From Paraspadella gotoi (taxonomy: Eukaryota > Animalia > Chaetognatha), in assembly GCA_051294375.1 (NCBI GenBank), contig CM119266.1:23867769-23919236 (forward strand): DNA of 51,468 bases, written 5' to 3'. Numbering within the stretch: position 1 is the stretch's first letter; each line of letters begins with the position of its first letter. The translations under genes and the position numbers were made by a program. Positions 26,701-44,426 of the stretch are shown piece by piece. The notes under the pieces are model-generated. The model worked only from the letters and a program-made list of their open reading frames with translations. It searched no databases and was not told the DNA's origin.

Positions 26701-27177
26701 GTGAGTAGACAATTATAAAGTGAATTCATTTTTTTTGGTGTTGAAACAATTAATAGAAATACATGTTATCCTAATAATTTCAATTTTAAATTCAAGGTCA
26801 AATTTTTACGGCGAAGTAAAAACACGAAAAAATATCGAAGAAACAAAGGCAAGGGGGTAAACTTGGGGAAAACAGGCCTTATTTTTGTGCTCTGGATTTT
26901 TTGTTTTCCGTTTTTATTTCATAAACATGTGGTAAGAATTCTCATATACAAGTTTTAAATCCTAAAATGTCGAGCCTGTCAGTCAACTATCATATTCCTC
27001 AGCTTTTTTCGCTGGAGATTCAGCCCCGTCATCGTCTTCGATCCCATCAAGACTCCAACGTCGGCGATGAGGACGACTCTTTCGCCCCACAATTTGGATT
27101 GGGCGACTTTCAGCGCTTTTCGCTAAACAGCCAGAATTTAACAGTTTTCCACCTCTCGTCTCTCTCTCTCTTCTTCT

Positions 27178-27287
<110 letters not shown>

Positions 27288-27446
27288 CTTCTTCTCTCTC
27301 TCTCTCTTTCACGATCCATGGCGCCATCTTCAATTCCGCCAATTGACTTAACCGGCGGCCGGAACCTTGCCGTTAATAGCGGCCAAGACGATGCCGACAA
27401 TGATCTATCCTCCGACGTCAGTCTGCCCAGTGCCCATGAACTTGCG

Positions 27447-27497
27447 TTATTATTTATACATATATTTTTTATTATTATTATTATCTTATTATTATTA

Positions 27498-27558
<61 letters not shown>

Positions 27559-27738
27559 TATTATTATATATTATTATTAATATTATTATTATTATATTAT
27601 TATTATTATTATATTATTTATTTATATATGATTATTATTATTATTATTATTATTTTATTATTATTATTATTATTATATTATTATTATTATTTTTTTTTTT
27701 ATTATTATTATTTTTATTATATTATTATTATTATTATA

Positions 27739-27789
<51 letters not shown>

Positions 27790-27800
27790 AATTATTATTA

Positions 27801-27843
<43 letters not shown>

Positions 27844-27935
27844 TAATATTATTATTATTATTATATTATTATTATTATTATAATTAAATTATTATTATAT
27901 TATTTATTATTATTATTATTATTATATATATTATA

Positions 27936-27987
<52 letters not shown>

Positions 27988-27995
27988 ATTAATAT
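27447..27995 (+). repeat. ~550-bp imperfect (TTA)n microsatellite
   Basis: Almost pure A/T trinucleotide array; copies at ~32793-33340 and ~37469-37995. It generates the spurious poly-Y/I/L ORFs. Confidence 0.97.
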
Positions 27996-28180
27996 TACGA
28001 CTATGTAGAAAAGAAAGAGCTTAATCGCCCGATAAGTGTTGTGCCCGACAACTTTCCTCGTTTTGTCCGACCATCGACGTTTAATCGTCCGACGCGGCGG
28101 ACGGCATAGTTCATCGCCGCCCTTCGTTGTCCGGTTAATGGAGCCTTCGTTAAGCGTCTAATGCGTTCCCTCTCCTCTCG

Positions 28181-28257
<77 letters not shown>

Positions 28258-29132
28258 TCGGCTCGACGGCCTTCGGATGACGTAGTCTACGGACGGACTG
28301 ATAACTAGATGGACCATGTTAATATGAATGTTGTGTCAGATGAAAACATAAAATTAAACAATTAACAAACAAGAACTAAGAAATCAGAATGAGTTTTTCT
28401 CCTTATTCCCTACGAAAATTCTTAACTATCATTTTGAGAGAAGACGATATTGAATGTTCATTGTTCATTATTTAACTACCACCTCCACCAAGCCTCCCCG
28501 GCGTCTCGCTTCCACTACCTCACCATTCGACACTGACTCGAATTTCCGAATTCCTTCCTTCGCTAATCGAAATTTACTTCCGCTTTTTCCGGGCGTCGCG
28601 AGATCAAAAGGGCGCCGTTCAGCCGTGGGGGAAATGGCGCCGAGATGGGTTTCGGTCGCAGCGGCGTCGAAGGTCGAAATGTCACACGACGCCCTCGGCA
28701 AATGATAGCGGAGCGATCTTCGCGCCATCTTTGGGCGAAAACGTCGCTAGCGTTGACGTGGATCGATCCTTGATGAGAATTAATTGCGCCTACAACTTGA
28801 CGCCAGAGGATAAGCCTCTGTCAGGTCTGGGTCGGTTACGAGTCTTAACAACAAGGAAGGTCCAGGGTTCGATGCCCAAGTTTTGTAGTGAATGTGTTTG
28901 TCTGTTGAATAAACCTCTATTTTCGCCGTCAAGAGATTAATTTCGCCGCGAAATGAGATGATAATCGAGTCCTTTTCTGGAAAATCGCGCCACTTTTAAA
29001 ATGGAACCAAATCGGTTTTTATCATCGATTGACAAAATTTATAAAGTGATTCTAGTTTTGTTTTTGTTGTTATTTCTTGTGTTGGTTTTTCATTCCTCTC
29101 GTTGAAGAATGACAAACTTCGTTTCAAGGGTC

Positions 29133-29385
29133 TGTGGCCATGGAGAAAAATATGCTACCATATGTTATATGATTGGGGGGGACGTGAGCCTGGGGTGTGA
29201 CGCATCTCGAGACAGATGGCGATCAGGGCATTGGACATGTAGTGACCACCCCAACTACCCTCAACCAGCGTCAACCAGCGTGTTCGCGGGAGGATTGAAC
29301 CTGGAACTCACGGTTGGTGAACGGGTACTTTAGTTGTACAAGCCAATGGTAGCGAGCTGAGTTTCGTCGAGCTATACGGGAGACA
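29133..29385 (-). mobile_element. Degenerate tRNA-related SINE-like element (copies at 34483-34735 and ~39136-39387)
   Basis: Minus strand has tggcttgtacaactaaag...gagttccaggttcaatcc: a weak A box and a clear B box (ggattgaacc on plus at 29292-29301) at tRNA spacing, in a GC-balanced block with AT-rich flanks. Boundaries are uncertain. Confidence 0.45.
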
Positions 29386-29406
29386 AATTTAGGATTATAT
29401 TATATT

Positions 29407-29548
29407 ATTAGATAGAGATTACACATGGGAGTACAAATACATTGGATCCATTGGACAGATCATCTTCATTTGGCCCTGAAGATGATCTGTCCAATGGTCA
29501 TAAATAAAAATACTCTACCTGTACTCCCATGTGTAATCTCTATCTAAT
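29407..29548. mobile_element. 142-bp nested inverted-repeat element, Penelope-like pseudo-LTR remnant or MITE
   Basis: Perfect 29-bp outer arms (29407-29435 / 29520-29548) and perfect 21-bp inner arms (29448-29468 / 29477-29497) with an 8-nt loop; contains cctgaagatgatc; attatattatatta occurs on both sides (~29394 and ~29587). Confidence 0.6.
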
Positions 29549-31408
29549 TCATTATCTCGGTACATGCGATGACTCTCAAAGAATATATTATATTATATTA
29601 TAAACTAAAAAAGCCGCCTCCATCTTACTGCTTCGCCGAACGCGATATTTTTTTTATCTTTCGGACAGAAAATATGGCGTCACGTGACGTTTTGATCCAG
29701 TTGCAACGGAAATGATGGCGTCGCCGACGATTGACGCCGGTTTGTGATGACGTCGAAGGGAGGGGGGGACGACGACTACGGCGATGGCGGGAGATAGTGA
29801 CGGCGACGACGACGCCGACGCGGGCGAGGACGATTAATACGCGGCGTTATGGCGAGCGTTATGGCAATTCCGACTTTCAATTCGGCGTCTCCTACGATGC
29901 AAACACCCATTTTCTCTCTTTTCTATATACTTTTTTTTTGGGGTTTTTTTTTCGGGTTTCCTCTCCATTTCTTCTCGTCCCGCTTTTCGGGCCTTAAACA
30001 CGAGCGAGCGGAGAACCAAGCAACTTTTTGACTAATACACGTATATCCGAATATTGAAAACTAATTTTAATAGAGAGAGTAAATTTTCTTTAAACTCCCC
30101 CTTTATACTTTAACAAGTGTAAAAAATAGGCCTGGTTAAGCCGAAGTACGTAATTAAGATGTTGAATATTTGATTCTTACGATCCGATCCATTTTGATAT
30201 GGAACGGAAACAACTAAAACAATGACTGAAGGAGGATAATAACGACAAAAAAATTAATGACCTTACCACCACAACGTCACAACGACAATGACGAGACGAC
30301 TACTCAAAAGCGACGACATGACGACGATGAAACAACGAAAATGCCGACGATGACCTCTGCGTGATCAAGAAAATTGTTAGAACCTCAGAATTTTGGAACC
30401 TTGTCAGTCGATTTCGCAAAAACAAAAGATTATGGTGTCGACGTCATTCCATGGAACATGAGAAGGAGGATCGATTGTCATTCGATACACGAATTCGAAA
30501 ATGAAAAAAAAAACGAGAGTTAGAACTGACATGAATCAATTCAAGCGAAAATCATGAAGTCGATCATAAAACTTAAGGTTTGATGACGTCCGTCTCCAAG
30601 GACGATTGTTCCTCCTTCTGATCAGTGGATCATGAATTAAAGAAATAGTCTCTGCACTTATAGTTTAAAATAACTTTCTATTCAAATTTTAAAGCTGTCT
30701 AGGCATATCTAGAATTCTGTGCTAGCTAAGACGATTGAAGGAAAAAAATAGAAAATTGGCATTTTTTAGAATCAGGTTATATTTTGGGGCAAATTTAAAC
30801 GAAAAATCAATAAAAACGAAAGAAATTAAGGATTACAAACACCAATAATACAAAATTAAGAGGAAAGGATGGCAACAAGATAAGTTCACTCGATGCGTTG
30901 TGTTTACCTCGCACGTGATCCGGTTACAACTCCACATTCTACGCAACTTTTTAATGTTTATTTATATATTTTTTGACTAGTTTATCCAATTTTTTTCTCA
31001 CATATATCGAAGCTACCTGAAGAACATGATTTGCCACAAAAGCGAAAGGTATGTTATTAATTTTAAAGAACTACCAAATAGTTAGAAAATTTAGCTTCAA
31101 ATGATTAGAAGTCACTGCATTATTCAATCGGAAAAAAAGGTACCAAGAAACATTAATTAATCATTAATATTATTATCAAGGAGTATGTTTAAAAATTGAT
31201 CACATGTAGTAAACTAAAAAAAAGGAATAACTACATGATATACTAAGTTTATATGATCAACAATAGAGTAGTATTAGTTGACAAGATACTTATATTAAAA
31301 GCAATTTAACAACTTAAAAATAGTACCTCATGTCTTCAAAAGAGAAAACGTTTTTATTTGACGGGGCAACCTCGAGGAGATAANNNNNNNNNNNNNNNNN
31401 NNNNNNNN

Positions 31409-36735
<5,327 letters not shown>

Positions 36736-36760
36736 NNNNNNNNNNNNNNNNNNNNNNNNN

Positions 36761-37292
36761 TGATGATGATGATGATGATGATGATGATAATAATGATGAT
36801 AATGATGATAGTGGAGTAGACAATTATTAAAGTGAATTCATTTTTTTTGGTGTTGAAACAATTAATAGAAAATACATGTTATCCTAATAATTTCAATTTT
36901 AAATTCAAGGTCAAATTTTTACGGCGAAGTAAAAACACGAAAAAATATCGAAGAAAACAAAAGGCAAGGGGGTAAACTTGGGGAAAACAGGCCTTATTTT
37001 TGTGCTCTGGATTTTTGTTTTCCGTTTTTATTTCATAAACATGTGGTAAGAATTCTCATTACAAGTTTTAAATCCTAAAATGTCGAGCCTGTCAGTCAAC
37101 TATCATATTCCTCAGCTTTTTTCGCTGGAGATTCAGCCCCGTCATCGTCTTCGATCCCATCAAGACTCCAACGTCGGCGATGAGGACGACTCTTTCGCCC
37201 ACAATTTGGATTGGGCGACTTTCAGCGCTTTTCGCTAAACAGCCAGAATTTAACAGTTTTCCGACCTCTCGGTCTCTCTCTCTCTTTCTTCT

Positions 37293-37334
<42 letters not shown>

Positions 37335-37546
37335 ACGATCCATGGCGCCATCTTCAATTCCGCCAATTGACTTACCCGGCGGCCGGAACCTTGCCGTTAA
37401 TAGCGGCCAAGACGATGCCGACAATGATCTCTCCGACGTCAGTCTGCCCAGTGCCCATCGAACTTGCGTTATTATTTATACATATATTTTTTATTATTAT
37501 TATTATTATCATTATTATTATTATTATTATATATTATTATTTTATT

Positions 37547-37577
<31 letters not shown>

Positions 37578-37761
37578 TTATTTTATTAATTAATATATTA
37601 TTTTATTATTATATTATTATTATTATTATATTATTATTATTATATTATGATTATATTATTATTATTATTATATTTATTATTATTATTATATTTATTATTA
37701 TTTTTTTTTTTTATTATTATTATTTTTATATTATTATATTATTATTATATTATTATTATTA

Positions 37762-37835
<74 letters not shown>

Positions 37836-37928
37836 TATTATTATTATTATTATTATTATATTATATTATATTATTATTAATTATTATTATTATATTTTAT
37901 ATTATAATTATTATTATTATTATTATAA

Positions 37929-37966
<38 letters not shown>

Positions 37967-38172
37967 TATTATTATTATTATATTATTTTATTTAATATTT
38001 ACGACTATGTAGAAAAGAAATGAGCTTAATCGCCCGATAAGTGTTGTGCCCGACAACTTTCCTCGTTTTGTCCGACCATCGACGTTTAATCGTCCGACGC
38101 GCGGGACGGCATAGTTCATCGCCGCCCTTCCGTTGTCCGGTTAATGGAGCCTTCGTTAAGCGTCTAATGCGT

Positions 38173-38256
<84 letters not shown>

Positions 38257-41200
38257 TCGGCTCGACGGCCTTCGGATGACGTAGTCTACGGACGGACTGA
38301 TAACTAGATGGACCATGTTAATATGAATGTTGTGTCAGATCGAAAACATAAAATTAACAATTAACAAACAAGAACTAAGAAATCAGAAATGAGTTTTTTC
38401 TCCTTATTCCCTACGAAAATTCTTAACTATCATTTTGAGAGAAGACGATATTGAATGTTCATTGTTCATTATTTAACTACCACCTCCACCAAGCCTCCCC
38501 GGCGTCTCCGCTTCCACTACCTCACCATTCCGACACTGACTCGAATTTCCGAATTCCTTCCTTCGCTAATCGAAATTTACTTCCGCTTTTTCCCGGCGTC
38601 GCGAGATCAAAAGGGCGCCGTTCAGCCGTGGGGGAAATGGCGCCGAGATGGGTTTCGGTCGCAGCGGCGTCGAAGGTCGAAATGTCACACGACGCCCTCG
38701 GCAAATGATAGCGGAGCGATCTTCGCGCCATCTTTGGGCGAAAACGTCGCTAGCGTTGACGTGGATCGATCCTTGATGAGAATTAATTGCGCCTACAACT
38801 TGACGCCAGAGGATAAGCCTCTGTCAGGTCTGGGTCGGTTACGAGTCTTACAACAAGGAAGGTCCAGGGTTCGATGCCCAAGTTTTGTAGTGAATGTGTT
38901 TGTCTGTTGAATAAACCTCTATTTTCGCCGTCAAGAGATTAATTTCGCCGCGAAATGAGATGATAATCGAGTCCTTTTCTGGAAAATCGCGCCACTTTTA
39001 AAATGGAACCAAATCGGTTTTTATCATCGATTGACAAAATTTATAAAGTGATTCTAGTTGTTGTTTTTGTTGTTATTTCTTGTGTTGGTTTTTCATTCCT
39101 CTCGTTGAAGAATGACAACTTTCGTTTCAAGGGTCTGTGGCCATGGAAGAAAAATATGCTACCATATGTTATATGATTGGGGGGGACGTGAGCCTGGGGT
39201 GTGACGCATCTCGAGACAGATGGCGATCAGGGCATTGGACATGTAGTGACCACCCCAACTACCCTCAACCAGCGTCAACCAGCGTGTTCGCGGGAGGATT
39301 GAACCTGGAACTCACGGTTGGTGAACGGGTACTTAGTTGTACAAGCCAATGGTACGAGCTGAGTTTCGTCGAGCTATACGGGAGACAAATTTAGGATTAT
39401 ATTATATTATTAGATAGAGATTACACATGGGAGTACAGATACATTGGATCCATTGGACAGATCATCTTCATTTGGCCCTGAAGATGATCTGTCCAATGGT
39501 CATAAATAAAAATACTCTACCTGTACTCCCATGTGTAATCTCTATCTAATTCATTATCTCGGTACATGCGATGACTCTCAAAGAATATATTATATTATAT
39601 TATAAACTAAAAAAGCCGCCTCCATCTTACTGCTTCGCCGAACGCGATATTTTTTTTATCTTTCGGACAGAAAATATGGCGTCACGTGACGTTTTGATCC
39701 AGTTGCAACGGAAATGATGGCGTCGCCGACGATTGACGCCGGTTTGTGATGACGTCGAAGGGAGGGGGGGGACGACGACTACGGCGATGGCGGGAGATAG
39801 TGACGGCGACGACGACGCCGACGCGGGCGACGACGATTAATACGCGGCGTTATGGCGAGCGTTATGGCAATTCCGACTTTCAATTCGGCGTCTCTACGAT
39901 GCAAACACCCATTTTCTCTCTTTTCTATATACTTTTTTTTTGGGCGTTTTTTTTTCGGGTTTCCTCTCCATTTCTTCTCGTCCCGCTTTTCGGGCCTTAA
40001 ACACGAGCGAGCGGAGAAACCAAGCAACTTTTTGACTAATACACGTATATCCGAATAATGAAAACTAATTTTAATAGAGAGAGTAAATTTTCTTTAAAAC
40101 TCCCCCTTTATACTTTACAAAGTGTAAAAAATAGGCCTGGTTAAGCCGAAGTACGTAATTAAGATGGTGAATATTTTGATTCTTACGATCCGATCCATTT
40201 TGATATGGAACGGAAACAACTAAAACAATGACTGAAGGAGGATAATAACGACAAAAAATTAATGACCTTACCACCACAACGTCACAACGACAATGACGAC
40301 GACGACTACCTCAAAAGCGACGACGATGACGACGATGACAACGAAAATGACGACGATGACCTCGCGTGATCAAGAAAATTGTTAGAACCTCAGAATTTTG
40401 GAACCTTGTCAGTCGATTTCGCAAAAACAAAAGATTATGGTGTCGACGTCATTCCATGGAACATGAGAAGGAGGATCGATTGTCATTCGATACACGAATT
40501 CCGAAAATGAAAAAAAAAACGAGAGTTAGAACTGACATGAATCAATTCAAGCGAAAATCATGAAGTCGATCATAAAACTTAAGGTTTGATGACGTCCGTC
40601 TCCAAGGACGATTGTTCCTCCTTCTGATCAGTGGATCATGAATTAATGAAATAGTCTCTGCACTTATAGTTTAAAATAACTTTCTATTCAAATTTTAAAG
40701 CTGTCTAGGCATATCTAGAATTCTGTGTTGACTAAGCCTAAGACGATTGAAGGAAAAAAAATAGAATAATTGGCATTTTTTAGAATCAGGTTATATTTTG
40801 GGGCAAATTTAAACGAAAAATCAATAAAAACGAAGAAAATTAAGGATTACAAACACCAATAATACAAAATTAAGAGGAAAGGATGGCAACAAGATAAAGT
40901 TCCTCGATGCGTTGTGTTTACCTCGCACGTGATCCGGTTACAACTCCACATTCTACGCAACTTTTTAATGTTTATTTATATATTTTTTGACTAGTTTATC
41001 CAATTTTTTTCTCACATATATCGAAGCTACCTGAAGAACATGATTTGCCACAAAAGCGAAAGGTATGTTATTAATTTTAAAGAACTACCAAATAGTTAGA
41101 AAATTTAGCCTCAAATGATTAGAAGTCACTGCATTATTCAATCGGAAAAAAGGTACCAAGAAACATTAATTAATCATTAATATTATTATCAAGGAGTATG

Positions 41201-41392
41201 TTTAAAAATATGATCACATGTAGTAAACTAAAAAAAAGGAATAACTACATGATATACTAAGTTTATATGATCACAATAGAGTAGTATTAGTTGACAAGAT
41301 ACTTATATTAAAAGCAATTTAACAACTTAAAAATAGTACCTCATGTCTTCAAAGAGAGAAAACGTTTTTATTTGACGGGGCAACCTCGAGGA
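36761..41392 (+). repeat. Tandem unit, copy 3 (5'-truncated, ~4.6 kb)
   Basis: Begins inside the (GAT)n tract and runs into unique sequence after caacctcgagga. Confidence 0.97.
39409..39550. mobile_element. Nested inverted-repeat element, copy in tandem unit 3
   Basis: Same as 29407-29548 except one substitution (gtacagatac) that extends the outer stem by one pair. Confidence 0.6.
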
Positions 41393-41670
41393 AAGGATAA
41401 TCATGTTTATAAAGTTTGTACTCATTTGAACTACACAAATACTTGTGTAGCAGAGGAACGGTTCAAAACAGCAATGTCAAGACAAATATTCGGCGTTTTG
41501 GCGTCAAACGAGATAAACTCCGATGGCGATTGACGAAAATATTGCATATGGATCTTTTTTTTTAATTTCAAAATATTATAAACCTTTTTCGCCGCTCGGG
41601 GGTTCATCCATTTTGTTAATCGTCGAAGCGATCGACCGTAAAAACCCTCATCAAATTATAGGAGAGAGAG

Positions 41671-41715
<45 letters not shown>

Positions 41716-42846
41716 CGGTGCTCCCTGATATTAGCCCTTAAGGGCGAATCCTCATTAGATTTAGTCGTCCCTATAAAAAAGGGTTACGCCCCCGAAGGTG
41801 GTATTCTCATTAAGAAAGAATTCAAGATTTATCGATGTTTATTTGTTAAACCTATCGTTTCCAACCTCGTTTCCAAACAAAAAATTAAGTTATATCGATA
41901 ATTTCCGTTGATTTCACCGCTCTTCTTTCTCTGTGTCCTTATATATTCAATCTTTATCAAATATCGGTCGCGCTCTTCATCAGGGTCTCTTGGTTTCGGA
42001 CTTGTTCGTGACTAGGGCGCCTGATTCCCAAGAAAACCTCGCTACGTCTTCATTACAATTTTATAAATGGCGAATTTTATGATAAACTAAAAAAGTCTTG
42101 ATATTGCATTAGTTGTATCACATAAACGTACCTCGAGACGGTTCTTGCGTTATTTACGAGAGTTAAAAAAATTCAAGGTTTTTTTAAAGAGAATACAAAT
42201 GAAACGCTTATTACGAGAGAAAGCGAGAGAGAGCGAGAGAGAGCGAGAAAGAAAAGAAAGAGAGAAGAGAGAGGAGACGAGAGAGAGAGAGGAGGATGCC
42301 GAGAGAAGAGAGGGAGTTTTTTCTTTTTTATCCTGATAGTCGCTTTTCTAATTTAACTGATAGATTCTCTCGAGGGAATAAATTTTGAATAGTTAAATAT
42401 AAATTAAAAACTCAATTCATTAAATATTTACACAAGTACGTATTACTCTACGAGATTTGACTACCGCCAAAAGGAAAAGCGACTTACAGCGTCGTCTCAT
42501 TATTACGAAAGAAGATATAGCAGCTTCTAAATCGAAGCAGAAAGGATACACGTTAATCCGCGTCAATATTTTTTTCAAGTCGTATTATTTTTGGGCAAAA
42601 AAAAAATCATTTGACTGAAACTTCATCGCCAAACTTGGAATAATGAGAGCGAGAGGGCAAGTACAGGGTAGGGAGGGTAGGGTAGTGGGGGGAAAGGATA
42701 GTATATAGGGATAGGGTTGGGGTAGGGTGTTGGATCGGGGAGCGAAAGATAGAGAGAGAGACGGTTAGCAGCGCAAACGAAAAAGAAGAAATCTATGAAG
42801 CGTCACAATTCCGAAATATTGAGACATGACGCGTCACAAATCCGCG

Positions 42847-43353
42847 TTACGATTGCGTCGGCGTCGCTAACAACTGTTGGTGCTGCTGATGATGGTGATG
42901 ATGCTGTTGCTGTTGCTGCTGATGCTGGGAATGATGTTGCTGTTGATGCACCTGCTGCTGTTGCTGTTGTTGTTGCGCCGCCAACGCCGCTTTCTTAACG
43001 TCCTTGAGGATCTCGGCGGCGTTTTCCAGCAGCGGATCGTCGACGTCCTCCTCCTCGGAGGCGTCGTCGGAGGCGGCGTCCTTGTCTACGGAGGCGGAGG
43101 ATGAGGAGGCGGCCTTCCCGCTTCCGCCTCCCAATTTCTCCTGCTTCTCCTTGTCCTCCAAGTTGAGCTCGTCTATCTTCTTCTTCTCCTTCTTCTCCTT
43201 CATCCTTCGGTTCTGGAACCAGATCTTGATCTGCCGCTCCGTCAGGCAGAGGGCGTGGGAGATCTCGATGCGACGCCGACGCGTCAGGTATTTGTTGAAG
43301 CGATATTCCTTTTCCAGTTCGAACGTTTGGTGGCGGGTGTAGGTCTGGCGGCG
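42847..43353 (-). CDS. Lox2: Terminal (homeobox) exon of a central-class Hox gene, Lox2-like (Ubx/abd-A/Lox2/Lox4 group); 5'-partial because of the N gap at 43354-43523
   Basis: Translates [64 protein letters not shown]..., an Antp-class homeodomain (residues 4-60 at 43183-43353) followed by a Ubd-A-like peptide (IxELN). E56 (MKEKKE), S35 and a basic residue 21 are Lox2-type as I recall them. Ser/acidic linker, Q/H-rich tail, TAA at 42847-42849. Hox identity is near certain; the Lox2 orthology is less so (~0.7). Confidence 0.95.
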   Translation of the reverse strand, partial: RRQTYTRHQTFELEKEYRFNKYLTRRRRIEISHALCLTERQIKIWFQNRRMKEKKEKKKIDELNLEDKEKQEKLGGGSGKAASSSSASVDKDAASDDASEEEDVDDPLLENAAEILKDVKKAALAAQQQQQQQQVHQQQHHSQHQQQQQQHHHHHQQHQQLLATPTQS

Positions 43354-44107
43354 NNNNNNNNNNNNNNNNNNNNNNNNNNNNNNNNNNNNNNNNNNNNNNN
43401 NNNNNNNNNNNNNNNNNNNNNNNNNNNNNNNNNNNNNNNNNNNNNNNNNNNNNNNNNNNNNNNNNNNNNNNNNNNNNNNNNNNNNNNNNNNNNNNNNNNN
43501 NNNNNNNNNNNNNNNNNNNNNNNGGGGGGGAATGAGGAGTTCGATTAAAATTTTATTTTTCATACAGTTTGTGCGAATTTTATCTAATTACCGGAGCTGA
43601 GACATTCATTCATTCACTCTTTAGAGGTCAGTTAATCGTCTGCAAATTTTTCAAGGAAATCGTCTTTTTAAATGTTTTAACGACACTTAAATTTGTATTC
43701 TTGTTAATTTATTTTAATAAAAAAAAGCTTTTTCGTTTATAAAGAAAGCCATGAGTCCGTCACCTGGCCAAAAAAAAAACAAACAATAATAAACGTTTGA
43801 ACCTTCAGCAAAAAGGGTCAGAAAAAGGATCGAAATTGATTGATATGTAGAGAAGTGAGCAAGTGTGGAATTAAAGGTAAAAGAAGTTGCTTAAGAAGAT
43901 AGCGGGAAGGATGGGAGCTAATCAAGATGCATGGGAAGGTTGGAAGTCACAAACGCCTATTCAATGATTATGATATTCACGAGATGAAAAGATTTCCTGA
44001 ACTTTCTTTTTTTCTTTCACTTCTTTTTCTTTATACCAAGAAAAATGCGGTCACGTCCGACGCCGACGTAAAACTCACCTTTCAAGGCGAAAAAAGAAAA
44101 ATCGTCG

Positions 44108-44151
<44 letters not shown>

Positions 44152-44162
44152 TCTCTCTCTCT

Positions 44163-44195
<33 letters not shown>

Positions 44196-44208
44196 TCACC
44201 GCTCTCGT

Positions 44209-44293
<85 letters not shown>

Positions 44294-44298
44294 CTCGT

Positions 44299-44323
44299 CC
44301 ATTATTGGCCTCAATTTATGGGG
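44299..44323. promoter_or_regulatory. Candidate intronic homeodomain-binding cluster (HB-1-like)
   Basis: ccattattggcctcaatttatgggg packs ATTA, CAATT and TTTATGG cores within 25 bp, ~950 bp upstream of the homeobox exon in the presumed intron. Confidence 0.4.
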
Positions 44324-44426
44324 TTAAGAACGCGGGCCCACGACAAATACCAATTTGTAAGTGGCGGTCCCGAACTCGCCTCGTTTTCGACCGTGCGATT
44401 GGCGCTCGAGAGAAAAGTTAAGCTCA

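Noticed and set aside
42795-43342. Plus-strand ORFs overlapping the Hox exon
   Set aside because: Antisense shadows of a GC3-rich coding exon.
43354-43563. N-terminus MKNKILIELLIPP of the 238-aa ORF call
   Set aside because: It is joined to the homeobox only through a 170-N gap; it is probably intron sequence.
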